Source: Eledone cirrhosa | Taxonomy: Eukaryota | Direction: 5' to 3' | DNA: 64,000 nt | Assembly (NCBI GenBank): GCA_964016885.1 | Contig: CAXHJY010000343.1 | Location: 303,019 to 367,018, forward strand | Shown here: in pieces, positions 43,194 to 52,050 of the stretch | Numbering within the stretch: position 1 is the first letter of the stretch | Layout: each line of letters begins with the position of its first letter | The notes under the pieces: model-generated | Told to the model about the DNA's origin: nothing | Databases searched by the model: none | Seen by the model: the letters and a program-made list of their open reading frames with translations, nothing else | Program-made: the position numbers and the translations under genes

Positions 43194-43536
43194 AAAAAAA
43201 GATGAAATCAAAAATGCAACTGGAGTCTTATTTTTAAAAAAATATATATATTTATTTGGTTCCTTTACCGGTTTCGCAGTTCTTCCCGCTTTTCAAAATT
43301 AGAGTTGAGATAGAGGGTCTGTGGTTTTCCTCACAAGAGAAAAACCACAGACCCTCCATCTCAACTCTACTTTTGAAAAGCAGAAGAACTGCGAAACCGG
43401 TAAAGGAACCAAATAAATATATATATATTTTTTTAAATAAGACTCCAGTTGCATTTTCGATTTCATCTTTTTTTCTTTATACTTTCACTCGTGTAGGACA
43501 CCTCGGTTATTTTTCATTTTGTAAAAAAAACCTCAC

Positions 43537-43542
<6 letters not shown>
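43194..43542. mobile_element. Penelope-like fold-back element (arms 43194-43332 / 43337-43474, plus-strand tail to 43542) in (TA)n
   Basis: ~138-bp near-perfect inverted arms, each with a hammerhead-like motif and AATAAA. Confidence 0.8.
43370..43405 (+). ncRNA. Minimal type I hammerhead-like ribozyme, U3-A8 core variant (second copy on minus strand at 43262-43299)
   Basis: CTT-TTGAAAA-GCAG aagaa CTGC-GAAA-CCGG-TA-AAG: stem I, core, stem II, palindromic stem III, GUA site. Confidence 0.7.
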
Positions 43543-43573
<31 letters not shown>

Positions 43574-43577
<4 letters not shown>

Positions 43578-46460
43578 ACGGCTTCAATAGAGTACATGGA
43601 GGCCATGGAGTTGGCACAAGGAATGAGGAAGGATTCAGACTTCTAGAATTCTGCGACGCCAATGACATGTCGATATGTAACACAAACTTTAAAAAACCCG
43701 ACAACCACCTGATCACCTATAGATCAGGGGAGCACTCTAGTCAGTTAGATTTTATTCTCATCAGAGGACGTGACAGATGGACGGTCGTAAACACAAAAGC
43801 CTTCCCTAGTGAGGAATGTACATCCCAACATAGCTTAGTTGTCAGCGACCTCACGGTCAGAACTAGACGAGCCCTGAAACAGAGGCCAACCTGGAGAAGA
43901 AAGATCTGGAAGCTGAAAGTCCCCTCAACCAGTAACAGATTTAAAGATATTTTACTCAACGCCTACGACAGTAAAGAAGAACAGATAGAGACATTTAACG
44001 TAGAAGAGAACTGGGAGTTCCTAAAAAATAACTTACTAGAGGCGACGGATGAGGTTTGTGGCTGGAGTAAGACCTCAAGCAGGAGGAGAGTGACTTGGTG
44101 GTGGAACAATAAGGTAGATGAAGCAGTCAAGGCCAAGAGACAGGCATGGAAAGAATGGAAGAACGGGGGGAGCAGGGTACATTACATAGAGACCAAGAGG
44201 GAAGCTAGGCGACAAGTATACTTAGCTAGGAGGGAAGCAGAGGATAGAAAATTCAAGCATGTTTTACAACGTGAGGACCAGAAACAAGAGGTATTCAAGA
44301 TTGCGAGGCAGTGTGTCAGAGATAGTTGTGATGTCATTGGAGAGAAGTGTATCCGGAATGATAAAGGTGAGCTTGCCCTCACAAGTGCTGAGAAGAAAGA
44401 TGCATGGAAGAGTCATTATGATAGATTACTAAATGAGGAGAATGCATGGGAAGAAGAGACCCTACCCCACGTAGACCCTATAGAGGGACCAGCAGTACAA
44501 GTCAGCGGCAGCGTAGTAAGTAAGGCAATCAGAGATATGAAGATAGGGAAGGCAACCGGTCCATCGGGTATAGCTGCCGAGATGCTGAAGGCATCTGGGT
44601 CTGTAGGTCACACTATAACCACACGTATCGTTAACCAGGTAATACTAGAGGGGGCCATACCAAAAGATTGGTGCAGTAGCATCATTGTCAACTGCTACAA
44701 AGGTAAAGGTGATGCACTAGATAGAGGAAACTATAGAGGTATAAAGTTGATGGACCAGGTCATGAAAGTAACAGAAAGAGTTATAGCACAGCTGATTAGG
44801 GACCGGGTGAATATAGACGAGATGCAATTTGGGTTTGTTCCAGGGAAAGGCACCACTGATGCGCTCTTCCTTGTGAGGCAATTACAGGAAAAGTACCTAG
44901 CTAAAAGTAAGCCACTCTACTTGGCATTTGTCGACCTTGAGAAAGCCTTTGACAGAGTTCCACGTGCAGTAATCTGGTGGGCTCTTAGAAAACTAGGAGT
45001 AGATGAATGGCTTGTGAAAGCGGTACAAGCCATGTATAGGGGAGCAGTCAGCAAAGTTAGGATTGGCAATGAGTATAGCGAGGAATTTAGCGTACAGGTT
45101 GGGGTCCACCAGGGCTCTGTTCTTAGCCCTCTCCTGTTCATCATAGTCCTGCAGGCAATAACGGAGGAGTTTAAGACCGGATGCCCATGGGAACTCCTGT
45201 ATGCTGATGACCTCGCACTCATAGCTGAATCTATGGTAGAACTAGAGAATAAATTCCAAACCTGGAAGCAGGGACTAGAGAGAAAGGGCCTCAAAGTCAA
45301 CATGACAAAGACTAAGGTCCTTATAAGTAGACGAGAAAACAGAACCCAGATCCCCTCAGGGAAATGGCCTTGCTCAGTATGTAGGAAAGGTGTAGGTAGG
45401 AACTCCATCCTTTGCCCCAAATGCAAACAATGGGTACACAAGAGATGTAGCGGGATCTCAGGAAGCTTAATTAAGAATGTAGGATTCACATGCAGCAGCT
45501 GTGCTGAAACAGCAAGCAAACAGCCACAGGAAACAAGTACCACCAATCTCTGGGAGGGCCCTGTAGAAACAGTAGACAGCTTCTGCTACCTAGGTGACCG
45601 AATTAGCAACGGAGGTGGGTGCTCAGAAAGTACAATAACTAGGGTAAGAACGGGATGGAAGAAGTTTAGGGAACTACTACCACTGCTAGCTGCAAAAGGC
45701 TTCTCCCTCAGAATGAAAGGCAGACTGTATGATGCGTGTATCCGAACAGCGATGTTGCATGGTAGTGAGACCTGGGCGCTGAAGGTGGAAGACTTACGTA
45801 GATTAGAGAGAAACGAAGCCTGCATGCTCCGATGGATGTGTAACAGTAATATACGTGAACGACAAAGCATAAATGAATTGAGAGAGAGACTGAGCATAAG
45901 AGGAATCAAATGCTGCGTGCAGGAGAGGCGGTTACGCTGGTATGGACATGTGATGCGTATGAAGGATGACAGCTGCATAAAAAGGTGCAGAGCACTAGAA
46001 GTTGATGGAAACCGCGGAGTGGGGAGACCCAAGATGACTTGGGATGAGGTGATAAAAGCCGACCTTACCCAACTACACCTCTCAAAGTCAATGACACACG
46101 ACCGTGACTTCTGGCGTCACGCAGTAATACAGGGTACCCGACCTCCCATGGGTACATGCTGAAGTATATAAACAATATGCCCCCCCCCCCCCACCGCAAG
46201 GTGGTCGTGGAGGTGCCACGGCAAAAAAGCACCCAGCCCACACTGTAAAGTGGACGTGTAGGCGCCACGAAAAAGCACCCAGCACTCACTGTAAATGAGG
46301 TTGGTGTTAGGAAGGGCATCCAGCTGTAGAAATCAAGCCAGATCAGTTCCTGTATGAGCAAGGCATGGTCAGCCGACCAGACACTGCCCACAACAGGACA
46401 ACCCGTCTAACCCATGCTAGCGTGGAAGAACGGACGTAAAACGGTGATGATGATGATGAT
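43574..46460 (+). mobile_element. Young 5'-truncated RTE-clade LINE
   Basis: Starts directly after (TA)n inside the APE domain; uninterrupted ORF; 3'UTR and (GAT)n tail. Confidence 0.95.
43667..46162 (+). CDS. RTE ORF (C-terminal part of APE endonuclease, reverse transcriptase with embedded PHD-type finger), N-terminally truncated
   Basis: 831-aa ORF with [52 protein letters not shown] and RLRWYGHV; the frame is open back to ~43576. Confidence 0.93.
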   Translation: MSICNTNFKKPDNHLITYRSGEHSSQLDFILIRGRDRWTVVNTKAFPSEECTSQHSLVVSDLTVRTRRALKQRPTWRRKIWKLKVPSTSNRFKDILLNAYDSKEEQIETFNVEENWEFLKNNLLEATDEVCGWSKTSSRRRVTWWWNNKVDEAVKAKRQAWKEWKNGGSRVHYIETKREARRQVYLARREAEDRKFKHVLQREDQKQEVFKIARQCVRDSCDVIGEKCIRNDKGELALTSAEKKDAWKSHYDRLLNEENAWEEETLPHVDPIEGPAVQVSGSVVSKAIRDMKIGKATGPSGIAAEMLKASGSVGHTITTRIVNQVILEGAIPKDWCSSIIVNCYKGKGDALDRGNYRGIKLMDQVMKVTERVIAQLIRDRVNIDEMQFGFVPGKGTTDALFLVRQLQEKYLAKSKPLYLAFVDLEKAFDRVPRAVIWWALRKLGVDEWLVKAVQAMYRGAVSKVRIGNEYSEEFSVQVGVHQGSVLSPLLFIIVLQAITEEFKTGCPWELLYADDLALIAESMVELENKFQTWKQGLERKGLKVNMTKTKVLISRRENRTQIPSGKWPCSVCRKGVGRNSILCPKCKQWVHKRCSGISGSLIKNVGFTCSSCAETASKQPQETSTTNLWEGPVETVDSFCYLGDRISNGGGCSESTITRVRTGWKKFRELLPLLAAKGFSLRMKGRLYDACIRTAMLHGSETWALKVEDLRRLERNEACMLRWMCNSNIRERQSINELRERLSIRGIKCCVQERRLRWYGHVMRMKDDSCIKRCRALEVDGNRGVGRPKMTWDEVIKADLTQLHLSKSMTHDRDFWRHAVIQGTRPPMGTC

Positions 46461-46730
46461 GTAGGAGGTGAGTTTTATTGTAGTACAATAAAGCAATGCA
46501 GATATCGGATAAGAAGCACTCTACAGTTTGTAGGACTGGAGTATACATAATATATAAGATATGTTGATTTAAAACTGCACTATCCACAAGTGTTTTTTAA
46601 CCTTCATATCATGTCTTCCTATTTTATCTTATGAAAACACAAATATTATTGCATGATGATGTTTGTTTTTGAAATGCACATAATAAAATACATGGAACTC
46701 TTTTAACCATCTTTTGATCTTATATATTAT
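46461..46730. mobile_element. Penelope-like terminus family Y, copy 1 (hammerhead core mutated to CTTATGA)
   Basis: Same sequence as 48983-49390 and 54842-55302 with most of the left arm deleted. Confidence 0.75.
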
Positions 46731-46740
46731 ATATATATAT

Positions 46741-47079
46741 AGTTAAAAGAATAGAGGTGTAACACACAAGTTATTATATATTGGTAAACGGAATAGAAAA
46801 TGGTGACAAATTGTTCACAGTTGAAAAATGGTTTAATTAGGAATAAAAGAGTATTAGTGATTGTATGGGTTAGTATTCAGTTGTGGTTTTAAGTTTTTAA
46901 GTTTTTACCGGTTGCGCATTTCTAAATGCTTTTCAAAAATAATTTTGAGATAGAGTGTCCGTGTTGATCAGAGCAAACAACACGGACACTCTATCTCAAA
47001 ATTATTTTTGAAAAGCATTTAGGAATGCGCAACCGGTAAAAACTTAAAAACTTAAAACCACAACTGAATACTAACCCAT

Positions 47080-47084
<5 letters not shown>
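46741..47084. mobile_element. Penelope-like fold-back element (arms 46860-46966 / 46978-47084, minus-strand tail to 46741) in (TA)n
   Basis: ~107-bp arms with one visible mismatch; core region homologous to the 43194 element. Confidence 0.8.
47005..47042 (+). ncRNA. Hammerhead-like motif, U3-A8 plus A13C variant (minus-strand copy at 46902-46939)
   Basis: TTT-TTGAAAA-GCATT tagg AATGC-GCAA-CCGG-TA-AAA. Confidence 0.55.
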
Positions 47085-47136
<52 letters not shown>

Positions 47137-47798
47137 TCTCATGCATACACACAGATACTCACATTCACATATATATATTTATATAGTAAAGCACTTTACT
47201 ATTAGGATTATATATATCTATATATGTTGCCTTGGCTGCTATTTCTAGGGCTAAAATTAACACCGGAAGTGGACAAGATGAAAAAAGTTAGCTAAAATTC
47301 AGTCTCAACTTTTTAAATGATAGATTTTTTTATGTCAACAAACGGAGAATATTTGGCAAGAAAGATAACTCTTGTCTTACTTAAAGCCGGAAATTGAGTT
47401 AAAAATTTTGCGGGTCTGCAGTTTATGTAAACCTTCTTATTTGGTCTTGTTAACTGGCATTTGACTGCTGTTTCTAGCATATATTAATAGACACTTTAGA
47501 AATAGCAGCCAAAAGTCAGCTAACAACACTATAGGAAACACCAGAAAGAAGAACTCATGCACACACACACATATATATATATATGTACATGAGTGTGTGT
47601 GTGTGTATATATATATACATGTACACACACACAGACATCTGTGTGTGTGTTTATATATATATATATACACACACACGCACAAATATATTAATATATGTGC
47701 GTATATATATATATAATATATGCATGTGTGTATATATGTGTATGTGTACGTATTCATACATACATATATATGTGTATATATATATATATATATGCATA

Positions 47799-47845
<47 letters not shown>

Positions 47846-47871
47846 GTATATACATATACATATATATATGT

Positions 47872-47904
<33 letters not shown>

Positions 47905-48019
47905 CAGTATATGTGTGTATATGATATATATGTATATGTATATATATATACAGTATATGTATATCTATGTGTATGTGTGTGTGAATATTTATATACAACC
48001 CCCTCCCCCCACACACATA

Positions 48020-48069
<50 letters not shown>

Positions 48070-48777
48070 TATATGTATATATATATACTTTATATATATA
48101 CATATATATGTATATATATATATATATATACACATATATATGTATGTATGAATACGTACACATACACATATATACACACACATGCATACATACATATATT
48201 ATATATATATACTCACATATATTAATATATTTGTGCGTGTGTGTGTATATATATATATATAAACGCACACACAGATGTCTGTGTGTGTGTACATGTATAT
48301 ATATATACACACACACACACTCATGTACATATATATATATATGTGTGTGTGTGTACATGGGTCCTTCTTTCTGGTGTTTCCTATAGTGTTGTTAGTTGAC
48401 TTTTGGCTGCTATTTCTAAAGTGTCTATTAATATATGCTAGAAACAGCAGTCAAATGCCAGTTAACAGACCAAATAAGAAGGTTTATATAAACTGCAGAC
48501 CCGCAACATTTGTAACTCAATTTCCGGCTTTAAGTAAGACAAGAGTTATCTTTCTTGCCAAATATTCTCCGTTTCTTGACATAAAAAAATCTATTGTTTA
48601 AAAAGTTGAGACTGAATTTTAGCTAACTTTTTCATCTTGTCCACTTCAGGTTTTAATTTTAGCGCTAGAAATAGCAGCCAAGGCAACATATATAGATATA
48701 TATATAATCCTAATAGTAAAGTGCTTCACTATATAAATATATATATATGAATGTGTGTATACGTGTGTATGCATGAG

Positions 48778-48860
<83 letters not shown>
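47085..48860. repeat. ~0.8-kb-arm inverted duplication; third direct copy of the unique core at 51100-51570
   Basis: 47120-47780 is the reverse complement of ~48125-48795, including complex microsatellite patterns. Confidence 0.9.
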
Positions 48861-48863
<3 letters not shown>

Positions 48864-48887
48864 TATATGTATATAGGTATATATATG

Positions 48888-48982
<95 letters not shown>

Positions 48983-48983
<1 letters not shown>

Positions 48984-49389
48984 GTAGGAGGTGAGTTTTA
49001 TTGTAGTACAATAAAGCAATGCAGATATTGGATAATAAGCACTCTACAGTTTGTAGGACTGGAGTATACATAATATATAAGATCAAAAGATGGTTAAAGG
49101 AGTTCCATGTATTTTATTATGCGCATTTCAAAGACAAACATCCTCATGCAATAATATTTGTGTTTTCATCATATAAAACAGGAGAATATGTTGTGTTTTC
49201 ATCAGATAAAACAGGAGGATATGTTGATTTAAAACTGCACTATCCACAAGTGTTTTTTAGCCTTCATATCATGTTCTCCTGTTTTATCTGATGAAAACAC
49301 AAATATTATTGCATGATGATGTTTGTTTTTGAAATGCGCATAATAAAATACATGGAACTCCTTTAACCATCTTTTGATCTTATATATTA

Positions 49390-49390
<1 letters not shown>
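48983..49390. mobile_element. Penelope-like fold-back terminus family Y, copy 2
   Basis: Arms ~49069-49190 / 49270-49390; minus-strand tail ends ...actcacctcctac in (TA)n. Confidence 0.8.
49282..49348 (+). ncRNA. Minimal type I hammerhead ribozyme (canonical core)
   Basis: TTTTAT-CTGATGA-[36-nt stem II hairpin]-GAAA-TGCGCA-TA-ATAAAA: 6-bp stem I, palindromic stem III. Confidence 0.85.
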
Positions 49391-49420
<30 letters not shown>

Positions 49421-49431
49421 GTATATATATA

Positions 49432-49772
49432 GGCACATGGCTTAGTGGTTAGAGCGTTGGCCTTGCAATCGAAAGGTTGTGAGTTCAATTCTCAGACCTG
49501 GTGATGTGTTGTTTCCTTGAGCAAGTCACTTTATTTCACATTGCTCCAGTTTACTCAGCTGTAGAAATGAGACGATAGGGACTGGGGTCCATATCATTCC
49601 ACTGTAAAGTGGTCGTGGAGGTGCCACCGCAAAAAAGCACCCAGCACTCACTGTAAATGAGGTTGGTGTTAGGAAGGGCATCCAGCTGTAGAAATCAAGC
49701 CAGAATCAGTTCCCGTCCCACCCTTGCAAGCAGGGTAAAAGCGGACGTGAAATGATGATGATGATGATGATG
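49432..49772 (+). mobile_element. tRNA-derived SINE with RTE-like 3' tail
   Basis: A box tggcttagtgg, B box gagttcaattc, central ttgtttccttgagcaagtcacttt domain; 3' part matches RTE 3'UTR 46200-46350; (GAT)n tail. Tail-only copies at 43060-43169 and 50982-51079. Confidence 0.88.
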
Positions 49773-49783
49773 ATATTATATGT

Positions 49784-49815
<32 letters not shown>

Positions 49816-49988
49816 GCTATATGCTTTGGACTATATTTGTAATATGGTACAAAATGTTATACACCTCCTTAGTGATTTTTATTATATATTTTTACCCATA
49901 ATCTTGCAATACTTTAGTGTATGTACACTCCATATTCTTCGTATTTTTCGGCTTGTATTGGCCGATAGTGCTTCTTGTAGTTTTAATT

Positions 49989-50026
49989 GCCCTGATGAGT
50001 CCTTAATAGGACGAAACATTGTTGGC
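49989..50026 (+). ncRNA. Minimal type I hammerhead ribozyme within a 49816-50177 insert in (TA)n
   Basis: GCC-CTGATGA-GTCCT taat AGGAC-GAAA-CATTG-TT-GGC, then AATAAA at 50028. Confidence 0.85.
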
Positions 50027-50173
50027 TAATAAAGACTTTTGATGTATTGAAGGCTTCTTTGTTTTATTTTCATAATTCTTCGGCTCTGTTTAATTACATT
50101 GAGCTATACCTTTTACTGTCATTTCTATAATACGAAGAGGGTGTTTAAATCCAACACGCTCCAGTATTTTAAT

Positions 50174-50232
<59 letters not shown>

Positions 50233-50235
<3 letters not shown>

Positions 50236-50493
50236 GTTTGAATATGTGTAATAAGGCCAAGACAATGCAGGTATGGACATAGAAAAAAGAATGCAATAGT
50301 GAAAGATATTGATGTGAATTCGTCTTTCACCTTGAATTTAAATAAATTCAAGGTGAAAGACGAATTCACATCAATATCTTTCACTATTGCATTCTTTTTT
50401 CTATGTCCATACCTGCATTGTCTTGGCCTTATTACACATATTCAAACGTTTATACCTCATTACACAATGCTTCAAGTGAACTATAACCTCCTC

Positions 50494-50496
<3 letters not shown>
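50233..50496. mobile_element. Apparently perfect ~107-bp-arm palindrome with one-sided 3' tail in (TA)n; Penelope-like
   Basis: Arms 50234-50340 / 50343-50449; the plus-strand tail ends aacctcctccc(AT)n. Confidence 0.75.
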
Positions 50497-50549
<53 letters not shown>

Positions 50550-51082
50550 CAATGGCTGTAAGACTGGTGTCTACAGGATGGGTGGGGTTCAATGGTTTAA
50601 AGAAAAGGGAAATTCTTTAGAAGCTAATTCTTTAAGGCTGAAATAAGGGTGACAAAGGCAGAAAGGGTTCCATCAACAGATTCAAATGTCGGGGTGAGAC
50701 CCCCCCCCCTCTATTGATATATATTCTTAATATATATTCCAGGTGTCGAGAAACACATTCACACTCGCCCACTTACACACGTACACACACACAACAAACA
50801 TACTTAATGGTACACATACACACATACATATATACAAATATATACACATATATATATACACATACATACAAATATGTGTACACACACATATATATATATA
50901 CATATAACATATATAAATATGTATATATATACATATATACATATAACGTATATATATATATATACATATATATATATGTAGGAGGTTGGTGTTAGCAGGG
51001 GCATTCAACTGTAGAAATCAAGTTCCCGTCCCACCCTTTCAAGCAGGGAAAAGCGGACGTAAAATGATGATGATGATGATAC

Positions 51083-51117
<35 letters not shown>

Positions 51118-51539
51118 CTCATGCATACACACGTATACACACATTCATATATATATATTTATATAGTAAAGCACTTTACTATTAGGATTATATATATCCA
51201 TATATGTTGTTCTTGGCTGCTATTTCTAGCGCTAAAATTAAAACCTGAAGTGGACAAGATGAAAAAGTTAGCTAAAATTCAGTCTCAACTTTTTAAACAA
51301 TAGATTTTTTTATGTCAACAAACGGAGAATATTTGGCAAGAAAGATAACTCTTGTCTTACTTAAAGCCGGAAATTGAGTTAAAAATGTTGCGGGTCTGCA
51401 GTTTATATAAACCTTCTTATTTGGTCTTGTTAACTGGCATTTGACTGCTGTTTCTAGCATATATTAATAGACACTTTAGAAATAGCAGCCAAAAGTCAGC
51501 TAACAACACTATAGGAAACACCAGAAAGAAGGACTCATG

Positions 51540-51572
<33 letters not shown>

Positions 51573-51845
51573 GTACATGAGTGTGTGTGTGTATATGTAT
51601 ATATACACACACACAAATACGTGTGTGTGCGTTTATATATAAATATATATGTATATATATTTATATATACACACACATACACACACACAAATATATTAAT
51701 ATATGTACATGAGTGTGTGTATATATATATATATACACACACACAAATACGTGTGTGTGCGTTTATATATAAATATATATATATATATATTTATATATAC
51801 ATACATACACACAAATATATTAATATATGTGCGTATATATATATA

Positions 51846-52032
51846 ATTGTTTCTATTTTAGGCACAAGGCAAGCAATTACCAGTACATTACTGGTACTTT
51901 ATTTTATCGACCCCGTAAGGATGAAAGGCAAAGTTAACCTCGGCGGAATTTGAACTCAGATCATAAAGGGACGTAACTCTATGCTTCAAAGCATGGTGTC
52001 CGACTCTCTACCGATACTGCCAATCCACCGCC
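51846..52032 (-). mobile_element. tRNA-derived SINE, Nin-like domain
   Basis: Full copy of the family seen at 19993 and 59834. Confidence 0.88.
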
Positions 52033-52050
52033 CTATATATATATAATATA

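Noticed and set aside
49432-49500. tRNA gene
   Set aside because: A/B boxes are present but there is no complete acceptor stem, and it continues into SINE body and tail.
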